Source: a virus. Taken from it: DNA of 64,000 bases. Below the pieces are notes generated by a model. It was not told the origin of the DNA and made no database searches. It saw only the letters and a program-made list of their open reading frames with translations. The position numbers were made by a program, and so were the translations under genes. Location: the IMG/VR virus record IMGVR_UViG_3300021091_000014, positions 92,638 to 156,637 of that record; one strand, 5' to 3'. Positions 45,058 to 54,975 of the stretch are shown one piece after another. Numbering within the stretch: the first letter of the stretch is position 1; every line of letters begins with the position of its first letter.

Positions 45058-46296
45058 ATGGAAGAAGATATTACTGACGTGTTAAAAGAGCTTGATACTA
45101 TGTTAAAACGTCCTTTTTTTAAAAGAAAATTAAAAAGAAAAATAAATAAAAAAAATTTAAGAAAGGGAGGAATGAGAAAACAGCGATGGGAACTTACTAG
45201 TGCAGTTTATAAAGATGACGAAATGTATAGAAAATGGGAAGATGGAGCTATGAAATTAGGTGCTGAAGTTGACGACCATGCGAGTTCTTTAGCTGATGAG
45301 AGAGGAGAGTACTTTCTTGCAGGTACAAGTATAAATGACCATTATATTTCCAAGTTAATAGATTATAGAACTAATTGTTTAAAAGATACTTTTTACAAAG
45401 GTGAAGACATTGTATGCTCAAAGGAAGCATGGATTAAATTTACTAGAAGTAAATCAGATAACGAGTGGCAAGTTATTGAGTTTGGTGATCAAGCAGGAAT
45501 GCTTGTCGATAAAATGCATGATAGTTTTATTGATTACTCCGTTACTTCTAATTCTGTTACAGTAAAATTATATGGTGACAGGGATTGGGTAGAAAATATT
45601 TACGACGAAATTACTAATTTATTTTTAGTAGCCAAATGTCATATTGAATGGATTTACTCCGGAGATGGAAGCTCGGTAAATGTTCCTTTACTAGGAGATA
45701 AACTTCCTATCTCAGAAATGTATCCATTTTTAAATGGTGAATCTGTTGAAGAATATTATGAGAGATATCTTCAGTCAGATGCTTCCATTCTTTTACTCAT
45801 AGGACCTCCCGGTACAGGTAAGACAACTTTTATTAGAGGGTTATTACACCACACTGGAAAAAATGCTATAGTAACTTACGACGAAGCAATCTTACAGAAA
45901 GATTATGTCTTCGCTAGATTTATTGAGGATGATACCGGCGTTATGGTTTTAGAAGATTCAGATAATTTTCTTAAATCAAGACGAGATGGCAATTCAATGA
46001 TGCATAGATTTCTTAATGTCGGTGACGGACTAATTACTGTGAAGGGTAAAAAATTAATTTTTAGTACTAACCTCCCCTCTATTAATGAAATAGATCCTGC
46101 TTTAGTTCGTCCTGGAAGATGCTTTGATATTCTATCATTCAATAACTACACTACCGAGCAAGCTCGCTCTCTTGCAAGTAAACTTAATATTACTTTTAAA
46201 GAATCAGATGATAAAAAAGATTACTCTCTTGCCGAAATTTTTCATCAGCAACGTTCATCTAAAAAATTAATTAATAGAAAATTTGGCTTTATATGA
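45058..46296 (+). CDS. AAA+ ATPase with N-terminal extension
   Basis: GPPGTGKTT, VLEDSD, STN, IDPALVRPGRCFD second region of homology; likely start MEEDI. Confidence 0.85.
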   Translation: MEEDITDVLKELDTMLKRPFFKRKLKRKINKKNLRKGGMRKQRWELTSAVYKDDEMYRKWEDGAMKLGAEVDDHASSLADERGEYFLAGTSINDHYISKLIDYRTNCLKDTFYKGEDIVCSKEAWIKFTRSKSDNEWQVIEFGDQAGMLVDKMHDSFIDYSVTSNSVTVKLYGDRDWVENIYDEITNLFLVAKCHIEWIYSGDGSSVNVPLLGDKLPISEMYPFLNGESVEEYYERYLQSDASILLLIGPPGTGKTTFIRGLLHHTGKNAIVTYDEAILQKDYVFARFIEDDTGVMVLEDSDNFLKSRRDGNSMMHRFLNVGDGLITVKGKKLIFSTNLPSINEIDPALVRPGRCFDILSFNNYTTEQARSLASKLNITFKESDDKKDYSLAEIFHQQRSSKKLINRKFGFI

Positions 46297-46865
46297 AAAC
46301 ATTCGTTGAAATAGGATGTAGTGACTTTAATAATCTTGAAAATTTTTTAGATTATGGCTGGAGAGGTTTTTTTGTTGAGCCAGTTCCAAAATATTTTAAT
46401 TCTCTATTTACAAAAGTAAAAAATAAACCAAACTGTGTTTGTGTTGAAGCTGCTATTACAGATAAAGATGGTAGTGTGAGAATGGATGTTCTTGAACCAT
46501 TTGAAGAAGAGCAATGGCAAAGAGGAATAAGTCATATACATGTAGAAGGCAATTATAGCAATATCGCTTCTAATCTTGTTAATAGAAACAGAAACGTAGG
46601 TAATGTTACTACTATAAATGTCCCATGCATGACATTAGACTCGTTTTTAAACAATTTAAAGATTACAGATATTGATTTCTTACAGTTAGATGTTGAAGGA
46701 CATGAGTTAGTCATTCTGGAAAATTATTCCTGGAAGGTTAAACCAAAAATGCTTAAAATAGAGCATAAATTTATTGATGACAAAAGACTTACCTCTCTAT
46801 TAAATAAAAATAATTATAAATGGTGGCTAGAAAAAGATGACCTCTATGGAATACTAATGTCATGA
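46293..46865 (+). CDS. FkbM-family methyltransferase
   Basis: FVEIG, FVEP, AAIT, MTLD, IDFLQLDVEGHE, IEH. Confidence 0.82.
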   Translation: MKTFVEIGCSDFNNLENFLDYGWRGFFVEPVPKYFNSLFTKVKNKPNCVCVEAAITDKDGSVRMDVLEPFEEEQWQRGISHIHVEGNYSNIASNLVNRNRNVGNVTTINVPCMTLDSFLNNLKITDIDFLQLDVEGHELVILENYSWKVKPKMLKIEHKFIDDKRLTSLLNKNNYKWWLEKDDLYGILMS

Positions 46866-47242
46866 ATCCTTTTGATTACGTTAATAGTATTTCAAGCAAT
46901 AAGAATAATTTAATGAGAGGGTCAGAAAATGATGAGCTCTCCCAGAAAGAGTATATTCCCTTCGTAGTAAACAGAGCACTCTCATACTATACCGATACTC
47001 TGCTCTATGCCAATGAGATGAATAAATTCAGTGATCTCGATAATTTAATGCAATATGAGTATCTTTTCCATAGTATTAGAAAGGGTAGAAGGTTTAGTAA
47101 GTGGTCAAAATCCAAAACTACCGAAGAATTATTAGCAATCAGTAAGTATTTTAACGTTAATATTAAAAGATCACAGGAATATAAAAGTCTGCTATCACCA
47201 GAACAAATACAGGAAATAGCTATGATTATAAATAATTCATAG
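46862..47242 (+). CDS. gp62: Clamp loader small subunit gp62
   Basis: PFDYVNSI, YIPFVVNRALS, ANEMN, RKxxRFSKW. Confidence 0.92.
   Translation: MNPFDYVNSISSNKNNLMRGSENDELSQKEYIPFVVNRALSYYTDTLLYANEMNKFSDLDNLMQYEYLFHSIRKGRRFSKWSKSKTTEELLAISKYFNVNIKRSQEYKSLLSPEQIQEIAMIINNS
47227..47234 (+). promoter_or_regulatory. T4-type late promoter upstream of regA
   Basis: Exact TATAAATA. Confidence 0.6.
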
Positions 47243-47271
47243 TTGTTCCTATAACAATAATAAGGTGAAAT

Positions 47272-47667
47272 ATGACTGTTTTAGAATCTCTCGTGGAAGT
47301 GAGATTAGTAGATGAGGACGATTTTTTAAAGGTCCGTGAAACTCTAACTCGAATCGGCGTTGCTTCCCGCAAGGATAAAATTCTATATCAATCTTGCCAC
47401 ATTCTTCATAAGCAAGGTAGGTATTATATTGTTCATTTCAAAGAGCTGTTCTCCCTTGACGGAAAGCCGGCAAATTTTTCTGAAGATGATATAGCAAGAC
47501 GTAACACCATTGCCAACCTTTTAGCTGAATGGGGTTTAGTGCAGTTAATCAATCCCACAGCAAGCAAAGAACCTGTTGCTCCTCTTTCTCAAATAAAAAT
47601 TCTTCCGCATAAAGAGAAAGATGACTGGGAACTTGTAGCAAAGTACAATATAGGTAGAAAAAGGTAG
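47272..47667 (+). CDS. regA: Translational repressor RegA
   Basis: DDFLKVRETLTRIGVAS, LYQSCHILHKQGRYYIVHFKELF. Confidence 0.97.
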   Translation: MTVLESLVEVRLVDEDDFLKVRETLTRIGVASRKDKILYQSCHILHKQGRYYIVHFKELFSLDGKPANFSEDDIARRNTIANLLAEWGLVQLINPTASKEPVAPLSQIKILPHKEKDDWELVAKYNIGRKR

Positions 47668-47696
47668 TTGATTTAATTCTTCGTAACGTCTATAAT
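47668..47696 (+). promoter_or_regulatory. Sigma70-like early promoter
   Basis: TTGATT-N17-TATAAT, then AAGGAG RBS. Confidence 0.7.
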
Positions 47697-47714
47697 AAGA
47701 TGTAAGGAGAATAT

Positions 47715-48065
47715 ATGATTATTACGATTTACGGTGGAAGTAAAAAAACGCGTAAACAACGTGAAAAAGAGAAGCAGGCCTGGAAGGATCAGCAGGAAAA
47801 GTATAAATTTGCTTATTCTCAAAATCCTAAAAAAGCCTGGACTCCTGAAGTAGTAAATAGTACTAGTAGTAGACTTAATCTCAATAGCCATAGACTGAGC
47901 AGTAATTACCCTTCTAGAGATTCCGGTATCGGTGTTGCTCCTAAAAAAGCTAATACTACCTATACTGGAGATAATCTTATAGGAATAGGTAACTTACATA
48001 AATCTAATCTCGTGCCTGTTTTTAAGGGCGAGGAAGCAATAGATTTAGCAAAGATGCGGCGATGA
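47715..48065 (+). CDS. Basic hypothetical protein
   Basis: C-terminal YTGxxLIGIxxLHKSNxVPVF...MRR; strong RBS and promoter. Confidence 0.7.
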   Translation: MIITIYGGSKKTRKQREKEKQAWKDQQEKYKFAYSQNPKKAWTPEVVNSTSSRLNLNSHRLSSNYPSRDSGIGVAPKKANTTYTGDNLIGIGNLHKSNLVPVFKGEEAIDLAKMRR

Positions 48066-48133
48066 GAGCTAAATAACTTTGTCACGCCTAATGGGTGACA
48101 TTTTAACTCGCTTAATTTAAAAGGAGAATTACA

Positions 48134-48352
48134 ATGCATACGTATATTTCTACGGCTATTGATTCCATTCAATACGCCAAAACACAATTCCTCAATACAT
48201 TTGTTAAAGAAGAGTCACTCAGAAAGCCTTTGCAGGACTTTGTGAATGCTCAAGCGCTATTTGCTCGCAATATGGTAAACGTTAACAACGATCTGTATTC
48301 AGCAATGACAACATTTGATATTTCAAAATATCTGACTCCAGTTAAACAATAA
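48134..48352 (+). CDS. Small helical hypothetical protein
   Basis: AAGGAG RBS, first gene of the hsp20 unit. Confidence 0.65.
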   Translation: MHTYISTAIDSIQYAKTQFLNTFVKEESLRKPLQDFVNAQALFARNMVNVNNDLYSAMTTFDISKYLTPVKQ

Positions 48353-48362
48353 GGGGAATTTC

Positions 48363-48836
48363 ATGAACGCACTTTCACTACTCAAAGATTTTGAGCGCAG
48401 CTTTATTGGCTTTGACAAAGTATTTAATGAGTTTGCAAACGCTCAATCAAACTTTGCTAAAGCATTACCATCTTTTCCTCCATACAATATTAAGAAAGTA
48501 GATGATAAAACATTTACAATTGAGCTTGCAGTTGCTGGCTTTAGTAAGCAAGATATTGATGTTGAACTGGATGGGGATACTCTTAAAATTTCCGGTCGTA
48601 CAAATAGTGACGATAGCGAATATATTTACAAAGGTATCGCCGAGAGAGCTTTTGCTCGTCAATGGAAAATTGCTGACTCTATTGAAATTAAGAATGCCGC
48701 TTTAGTTAATGGCATGCTTAAAATTACTCTAGAAAATATGATGAAAGTTCTTCCAACTAAAAAGATTGAAGTAGTTGATGCGGAAGAGCAAACTTTAAAG
48801 GGTAAAAAGCAACTTCTCCAGGAGAGTTCTAGATGA
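48363..48836 (+). CDS. hsp20: Small heat-shock protein (Hsp20/IbpA-like)
   Basis: FPPYNIKK, IELAVAGF, YKGIAERAF, NGMLKI. Confidence 0.95.
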   Translation: MNALSLLKDFERSFIGFDKVFNEFANAQSNFAKALPSFPPYNIKKVDDKTFTIELAVAGFSKQDIDVELDGDTLKISGRTNSDDSEYIYKGIAERAFARQWKIADSIEIKNAALVNGMLKITLENMMKVLPTKKIEVVDAEEQTLKGKKQLLQESSR

Positions 48837-48973
48837 ACTGGCTAAAAAAGATGTTTGATAAACTTGTTGACTCAATGGAAGCATACAACAGGTATAAAAC
48901 AGCCGCTATTTTATCTACACACGTTAGAGATAAAAAAGAGCTGGATAAAATACTTAAAGATCTTTATAAGTAG
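48833..48973 (+). CDS. 46-aa hypothetical protein (absent from the ORF track)
   Basis: MNWLKKMFDKL...KDLYK*, overlaps the hsp20 stop (ATGA), GGAG upstream. Confidence 0.55.
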   Translation: MNWLKKMFDKLVDSMEAYNRYKTAAILSTHVRDKKELDKILKDLYK

Positions 48974-48977
48974 TTCG

Positions 48978-49006
48978 ATGGGTGGCAGTGCCACCCATTT
49001 TATTTT
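48978..49006 (+). terminator. Terminator-like hairpin immediately before gp43
   Basis: atgggtggc-agt-gccacccat followed by a T-rich run. Confidence 0.7.
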
Positions 49007-49017
49007 ATAATGTAGAG

Positions 49018-51567
49018 ATGTCAAAATTCTATACTAGCGTCTACTTAAATCGTAGCGAAATATTATTGCGTGGTTATGAAAACGGTCAACGTATTCAACA
49101 TGCAATTCCTTACAAACCTTACCTGTTTGTTACCTCAAGAATAAAAAATACAGAATATAGAACTCTCAAAGGAGTATCTGTTGATAAAATCACTTTTGGA
49201 AGCGTTTATGAAGCTCGCGAATATATTAAGCGATACAAGGACGTTGAAGGTCTTGACATCTATGGCCTTACTAACTTTGTGTATACTTTTATTCATGACC
49301 ATTATTCTGGTAGCATTGATTACGACCCTTCTCTTATTTCTGTTGTATCCCTTGATATCGAGACCGATTCAACTGGAGGATTTCCAGACATTAGTGCTGC
49401 TGATAAACAAATCACCGCTATTACTCTAAGCAAAAAGGGAAAGATGGTAGTAATGGGATATAATGATTTTGTTATCCCAAAAGGTAGTGACGAAGAAATA
49501 ACTTATTTAAAGTGTAAAGACGAGCAGGACTTGCTTGAGAAGTTTATTAAGGTGTGGAGATCTACTCAGTTCTTACCTGATGTAGTTACGGGATGGAACG
49601 TTGAGTTCTTTGATATGCCTTATATTATTAATCGTATTACTCGACTACTTGGACCGGAAAGTGCGAAGAGACTTTCTCCATGGGGCATTCTGAGTCAGCG
49701 TGAAATTGAGCTTGCAGGCCGTCAATACGTTATTCCAGAGATCGTCGGTCTTACTATCCTTGACTATATGCAGCTGTATAAGAAGTTTTCTTTTACGATG
49801 CAAGAAAGCTACAAACTTGACTATATCTCTTGGGTTGTACTAGGGGAGCGTAAGTTAGATTATGACTCACTTGGGTACAGCAGTCTGGACGAGCTGTATA
49901 AGAAGAACTACCAGAAATATATTGAATATAATATTCAGGACGTTAGACTTGTAGACAGACTGGAAGATAAGCTTAAATTTATTGAGCAAGTGTTTGCCCT
50001 TGCTTACGATGGAAAGATTAACTATTTAGATACTTTCACTTCTGTGCGCTCATGGGATATGTACATTCATAATGAGTTACTCTCAAAGAATATTGTCATA
50101 CCTCAATTTGATCCATCTGAAAGAGTAAAAGACGATCCTATTGAAGGAGCTTATGTTAAGGATCCTCAGGTAGGTATGCATAAGTGGGTTGTATCATTTG
50201 ACTTGAATAGTCTATACCCTCACTTGATTATGCAGTATAATATTTCACCCGAAACATATACCGGGGTCATTTCCTCGCTTAACGTTAGCGATGGTGTAGA
50301 TAAAATTCTTAATGGAGCATTAAACGATCCTGCTATTCGTAATGAAATGGAATCCCAGAATATTACAGTAGCTGCGACAGGTTGTATGTTTGATAAGGAC
50401 TATCAAGGCTTTTTACCTCAGATGATGCAACGACTGTATGATGACCGAGTTAAGTATAAGAATCAAATGATCGAAGCAAAGAAGAAGTATGAGAAAGAAA
50501 AGACGTATGAGCTTGAAAAGGAAGTAGCTCGATGTCATAACATGCAGCTTGCAAAGAAGATTCAGCTTAACTCAGTTTATGGTGCATTAGGCAATCGGTA
50601 CTTTAGATGGTTTGATGCAAGACTTGCCGAATCAATTACTAAGTCCGGCCAGCTATCCATTCGGTGGATGGAAAATAAAATTAACGCCTACCTTAATAAA
50701 GTGCTTAAGACAGGCAACGAGGACTTTGTTATTGCTGTTGATACTGACTCAATGTACATTGATCTCGGAAAGTTTGTAGAAAAGACCTGTGAAGGCAAAT
50801 CAAACGAACAAATTGTCAAGTACCTTGATAAAGTTTGTCAGGAAGTATTTGAGCCTTACATTGATAAATGCTACGAAGAGTTAGCATTATACGTTAACGC
50901 GTATGATCAAAAGATGAAAATGAAACGCGAGGCTATTGCTAATAAAGGAATCTGGACAGCTAAGAAACGATATATCTTAAACGTTTATGATAATGAGGGG
51001 GTGTTATATTCTGAACCTAAACTAAAAATTATGGGTATTGAAGCTGTGAGAACCTCCACACCCGCTGTTGTAAGAGATAGTATTAAGAAAGCCCTAACTA
51101 TGATTATGACGATGACTGAGGATGACTTAATTAACTACATTACTTCAGAGCGTGAACGGTTCGGTACGCTTCCGTTTGAGGATATTGCCTTTCCGAGAGG
51201 CTGTAAAGAGCTTGATAAGTGGATAGAAAAAAGCAGTTCAGCTAAAATATATAGAACGGGAACTCCTATTCATGTCAAAGGAGCAATCATATATAATTAC
51301 CTACTCAAGCAAGCTAACCTCTTAAACAAGTACGAGCAGGTGCATAAAGGTGATAAGGTTAAATTTTGCTATTTGAAGTTACCTAATAAAATTAATGAGC
51401 ACGTAATTAGTACTCCTGGTAAGTTACCCCCTGAGCTAAATTTAAATGACGTTATTGATTATGACGTACAATTTGAGAAGTCGTTTGTTGAGCCACTTAA
51501 AACTATACTTGACGCTATTGGTTGGAAGACAGAGCGTAGAAATACTTTAGAGGAATTCTTTGCATGA
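49018..51567 (+). CDS. gp43: Family B DNA polymerase gp43
   Basis: Exo DIETD, GWNVEFFD, SFDLNSLYPH, KIQLNSxYGALGN, DTDS, KKRY; likely start MSKFYT. Confidence 0.97.
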   Translation: MSKFYTSVYLNRSEILLRGYENGQRIQHAIPYKPYLFVTSRIKNTEYRTLKGVSVDKITFGSVYEAREYIKRYKDVEGLDIYGLTNFVYTFIHDHYSGSIDYDPSLISVVSLDIETDSTGGFPDISAADKQITAITLSKKGKMVVMGYNDFVIPKGSDEEITYLKCKDEQDLLEKFIKVWRSTQFLPDVVTGWNVEFFDMPYIINRITRLLGPESAKRLSPWGILSQREIELAGRQYVIPEIVGLTILDYMQLYKKFSFTMQESYKLDYISWVVLGERKLDYDSLGYSSLDELYKKNYQKYIEYNIQDVRLVDRLEDKLKFIEQVFALAYDGKINYLDTFTSVRSWDMYIHNELLSKNIVIPQFDPSERVKDDPIEGAYVKDPQVGMHKWVVSFDLNSLYPHLIMQYNISPETYTGVISSLNVSDGVDKILNGALNDPAIRNEMESQNITVAATGCMFDKDYQGFLPQMMQRLYDDRVKYKNQMIEAKKKYEKEKTYELEKEVARCHNMQLAKKIQLNSVYGALGNRYFRWFDARLAESITKSGQLSIRWMENKINAYLNKVLKTGNEDFVIAVDTDSMYIDLGKFVEKTCEGKSNEQIVKYLDKVCQEVFEPYIDKCYEELALYVNAYDQKMKMKREAIANKGIWTAKKRYILNVYDNEGVLYSEPKLKIMGIEAVRTSTPAVVRDSIKKALTMIMTMTEDDLINYITSERERFGTLPFEDIAFPRGCKELDKWIEKSSSAKIYRTGTPIHVKGAIIYNYLLKQANLLNKYEQVHKGDKVKFCYLKLPNKINEHVISTPGKLPPELNLNDVIDYDVQFEKSFVEPLKTILDAIGWKTERRNTLEEFFA

Positions 51568-51854
51568 AGCCAGTAATAACTCTCGACGAAGATGATTTTG
51601 GATTTTCTGCTGTTAGTGAAGAAGAATTAAAAGTATTGGAGAAAGAACTTCAACAGCAAGTTACTATAAAGTCAAAAGAGCTTGAAGAGGTTGAAAAAAC
51701 ATATAAAGGTAAGTTAGAACAGCTCTACCGTACCGTTCTCCCTCTTTTACAAAACTTAGCAAAAGATTCTGATAAGGAATATATTTACTGGCCCAACAGA
51801 ACTCAAAAAATGCAACAGTTTATAAAAAAGGTAGAAGCCATAGTAAATGATTAA
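51564..51854 (+). CDS. Hypothetical protein
   Basis: DFGFSAV...PLLxNLxKD...YIYWPNR; coupled to the gp43 stop. Confidence 0.7.
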   Translation: MKPVITLDEDDFGFSAVSEEELKVLEKELQQQVTIKSKELEEVEKTYKGKLEQLYRTVLPLLQNLAKDSDKEYIYWPNRTQKMQQFIKKVEAIVND

Positions 51855-52863
51855 CTATCTCGCTTTAATAACAGCTTTAATTCTTTCAGCTATTGCCGCA
51901 TATTATTCGGTAGCCGGGCTTGCAGCTATATTTGCTGCGGCCGTTATTCCCATTGTTATTATGGGAGCATCGTTAGAGTTAGCCAAAGTTGTAGCAGCAT
52001 CTTGGGTGTATAGCAATTGGGGAACTGCTCCAAAATTAATTCGATACTATCTAGTTATATCAGTAATTGTTTTAATGTTTATTACTAGTTTGGGTGCCTT
52101 TGGATTTTTATCTAAAGCCCATTTAGATCAAAACTTGGTTGGAGCTGATACAAACGTTGAGTTAAAAATAATTGATCAGCAGATTCAAAATGAACAGAGG
52201 AGATTAGATAATGCTCAGAGAGCTCTTAACTCTTTGGATAGATTGGTTGATAATGTTGATCCAGAAGCCGCTAGCAAAATACGTAATCAGCAGGCAAGGG
52301 AACGCTCCCGTATTCTTTCTGAAATTAGTAGTGCGTCTAACTCTCTTAAGACACTTAATACTCAGGCAGGGCCCCTCCGAAAAGATTCGGCAAGAATTGC
52401 TGCTGAAGTTGGACCGATCAAATACATTGCAGACCTTATCTACGGAGAAGAGGCTCAAGGAGTACTTGAAAAAGCTGTAAGAGTAGTTATTATTCTTATT
52501 GTGGTAGTTTTTGATCCTCTTGCTATTGTTTTGTTAATTGCTGCTAATCATGGGTTACGTAATTCTCAGAATGATCCTGTAGTTAATAATTTGTTATCTT
52601 TTCCTGTTACAGAGCAAAAATCTTTTCGTAGAGTAAAAAACGTTACTAAGCAAGATAATAGTATAAAAAACGTTACTAAGCAAGATAATAGTATAAAAAA
52701 CGTTAAAAGAGAATGGGATCCTAGATTCTTTAGAAGATTTGAAAAAATTAAACTTCCTAACTGGATAGAAAGAGTCAAGAAGTTGAAAGAAAAACGAGAT
52801 CCATCTAAAATAGAGATTGATAAGAGCAAAGTTAAAGATATACGAGACGGAGGAACATTTTGA
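51847..52863 (+). CDS. Membrane protein with coiled coil, C-terminus RDGGTF
   Basis: Three N-terminal TM-like segments, coiled coil, EVGPIKYIA, fourth TM with VFDPLA. Confidence 0.7.
   Translation: MINYLALITALILSAIAAYYSVAGLAAIFAAAVIPIVIMGASLELAKVVAASWVYSNWGTAPKLIRYYLVISVIVLMFITSLGAFGFLSKAHLDQNLVGADTNVELKIIDQQIQNEQRRLDNAQRALNSLDRLVDNVDPEAASKIRNQQARERSRILSEISSASNSLKTLNTQAGPLRKDSARIAAEVGPIKYIADLIYGEEAQGVLEKAVRVVIILIVVVFDPLAIVLLIAANHGLRNSQNDPVVNNLLSFPVTEQKSFRRVKNVTKQDNSIKNVTKQDNSIKNVKREWDPRFFRRFEKIKLPNWIERVKKLKEKRDPSKIEIDKSKVKDIRDGGTF
52634..52705 (+). repeat. 30-nt tandem repeat, about 2.4 copies (KNVTKQDNSI)
   Basis: taaaaaacgttactaagcaagataatagta twice plus a partial copy. Confidence 0.9.
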
Positions 52864-53084
52864 CTTTACCTGATGAAAGATACAAAGCTGTTCTGTATAC
52901 ACAACAGTTTTTAATTGATCTTTTAAACCCAAAAACTTCTCCAGGCGTACCTCGGGAAATAAGACAGCGGGCCAGCGCACTTCTCAAACACTACCCAAAC
53001 GGTTTAGATATGGAAAGAACAAGTGAAAAAATTCCTGAAGTATTTGCTAAAGATTGGACAACAAGGAAAATAAATTATGAATGA
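52860..53084 (+). CDS. BPSL0761-like small protein
   Basis: MTxPDERxxAV...FLxxL...VPxxIRxxAxxLLxHYP. Confidence 0.6.
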   Translation: MTLPDERYKAVLYTQQFLIDLLNPKTSPGVPREIRQRASALLKHYPNGLDMERTSEKIPEVFAKDWTTRKINYE

Positions 53085-53253
53085 TTTTGAAGTTCATCCT
53101 ATCGGGCATTTTGAAGAAATAAGGCTGGCTCGTAAGCTAATGAATGCAATTTGTGACTATCAAAATTTTGAAGCTCTTCATCCAAGCGTTCTAGAGGAAG
53201 TAAAAAAATTAAAAAAACTATATGAGCGTCAAATTGAGGAAGGAATACAATGA
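53077..53253 (+). CDS. 58-aa hypothetical protein (absent from the ORF track)
   Basis: [10 protein letters not shown]...EGIQ*, AAGGA RBS, stop overlaps the uvsX start. Confidence 0.6.
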   Translation: MNDFEVHPIGHFEEIRLARKLMNAICDYQNFEALHPSVLEEVKKLKKLYERQIEEGIQ

Positions 53254-54326
53254 ATGATTTTTTTAGAAATTTAGTAGAGGAAATAAAAGATGAAGATACT
53301 TCTATTGCCGCTGACGGCGCCGGCAGTGCTGAGTTTAGCGGTTTTATTGATACTGGCAGCTTTATGCTCAACGCTGTTCTCTCTGGCAGCCTCTACGGTG
53401 GCGTACCTGATAACAAGGTTACTGCTTTTGCAGGAGAGTCCGCTACTGGTAAAACTTACTTCGTTCTTGGTGTCGTACGAGCATTCCTCGAAAAGAATCC
53501 ACAAGGAGGAGTCGTCTATTACGATACAGAGGCCGCGGTCACAAAGAGAATGATGGAAGAACGTGGCATTGATACTTCACGTGTAATTATTTCAGAACCA
53601 GATACTATTCAGAAGTTTAAAACCCATGCGTTAAAAATGATTGATGCATATGAGAAGCAACCTGAAGATAAACGACCTCCTATGATGTTTGTTTTGGATA
53701 GTCTTGGCCTCCTATCAACCAGTAAAGAGATGGAAGATAGTCTTGAAGGTAAAGATACAAGAGACATGACAAAGGCTCAGTTAATAAAAGCTGCCTTTCG
53801 TGTATTGACTTTAAAATTAGCTAAAGTCAAAGTGCCCATGCTCGTGACTAATCACGTTTATGATCTTGTTGGAAGTTATGTACCTATGAAGGAGCTCGGA
53901 GGTGGAACGGGACTTAAATACGCTGCCAGTACTATTGCAATGCTTACAAAAAAGAAAGAAAAAGATTCAACAGGCGAGATTGTCGGAAATATTATCAGAG
54001 TCAAAATGTATAAGTCCAGACTCTCAAAAGAGAACCAAAACGTTGAAGTGTTACTTACTTACGACAAAGGGCTTGACCGATACTACGGGCTCTTAGATCT
54101 GGCCGAGAAATATCAGATTATTAAAAAAGTATCAACTCGCTACGAACTTCCTAGCGGAACTAAAGTATTTGGAAAAGAAATTAATTCTAACCCTCAAAAA
54201 TATTTTACTGAAGAAATAATGGTGCAACTTGAAGATGCAGCTAAAAAAGAATACTCATACGGAGGAACGGGACCCTCTTCTACCGGAGATAATGAAGAAT
54301 CTGTCGATGAGGTTTTGGCAGAATAA
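53250..54326 (+). CDS. uvsX: RecA-like recombinase UvsX
   Basis: [33 protein letters not shown], GGGxGLKYAAS. Confidence 0.95.
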   Translation: MNDFFRNLVEEIKDEDTSIAADGAGSAEFSGFIDTGSFMLNAVLSGSLYGGVPDNKVTAFAGESATGKTYFVLGVVRAFLEKNPQGGVVYYDTEAAVTKRMMEERGIDTSRVIISEPDTIQKFKTHALKMIDAYEKQPEDKRPPMMFVLDSLGLLSTSKEMEDSLEGKDTRDMTKAQLIKAAFRVLTLKLAKVKVPMLVTNHVYDLVGSYVPMKELGGGTGLKYAASTIAMLTKKKEKDSTGEIVGNIIRVKMYKSRLSKENQNVEVLLTYDKGLDRYYGLLDLAEKYQIIKKVSTRYELPSGTKVFGKEINSNPQKYFTEEIMVQLEDAAKKEYSYGGTGPSSTGDNEESVDEVLAE

Positions 54327-54459
54327 TAAGGAATATTATAAAGAACCTCCTACCTGGCCATTTACGAGATTAGAACCTCATCAAGTTCGTTATCTCCTAC
54401 ATAAACAAATAGAGGATGTAAAAAACAAAGTAAATAAACTAGGAGAAGCACTTCTATGA
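54292..54459 (+). CDS. Small hypothetical protein (start uncertain)
   Basis: Fills the gap between uvsX and the next ORF with overlapping ends. Confidence 0.4.
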   Translation: MKNLSMRFWQNNKEYYKEPPTWPFTRLEPHQVRYLLHKQIEDVKNKVNKLGEALL

Positions 54460-54683
54460 AGGGTAGGTCTACTTTAGCTCCTCGTGACTTTTGTAATTTA
54501 AGATATGCTCTTTCGCTTGATAAAGCACAATTTTCAATTTTTTATAATAATTTAGACGTAGAAGATCAAAAATATCTTTCTTCTTTATTAGAGACTCATA
54601 GGTTAGATATTTTAGATTTTGTTTTTGACATTGGTGATATTCCTAGACCAGATATTGAGGAAGTAATTAATAAAATAAAGTGA
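54456..54683 (+). CDS. Hypothetical protein
   Basis: AGGAG RBS, gene packing. Confidence 0.55.
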   Translation: MKGRSTLAPRDFCNLRYALSLDKAQFSIFYNNLDVEDQKYLSSLLETHRLDILDFVFDIGDIPRPDIEEVINKIK

Positions 54684-54693
54684 GGAGAATTTT

Positions 54694-54975
54694 ATGGCAT
54701 GGGTTCTGGTAGATACAATTTCTCAATATCGTGTGCGATATATGGTAGAAGTTTCTGATTCGTCAAAGGTTGAGTGGGCTCTCGATACCGTCACTTGTAA
54801 CGAAGCAAAAGAATTTTCCCAGCATTGGCTAGGAGAAACAATTTTTAGTTATAGTAAAATAAAAGAAGAAGATGCAATTGCTCTTTTTAAAACTGACAAT
54901 GATTATCTAAAAGATTGGGATAACGAAGTTATTAAGAAAAACGCTTTTACTTATATTAAAGAACAAAATGTTTGA
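54694..54975 (+). CDS. Hypothetical protein
   Basis: GAGGAG RBS; VDTISQYRxRY...WALDTV...EFSQxWLGE. Confidence 0.7.
   Translation: MAWVLVDTISQYRVRYMVEVSDSSKVEWALDTVTCNEAKEFSQHWLGETIFSYSKIKEEDAIALFKTDNDYLKDWDNEVIKKNAFTYIKEQNV

Noticed and set aside
48982-49017. N-terminal extensions given by the ORF track (gp43 48982, gp18 17332, 36904, 38272, 39736, 44986, 55203, 59143)
   Set aside because: The upstream starts fall inside a hairpin, an RBS or the previous gene; downstream ATGs fit family N-termini, RBS position or translational coupling better
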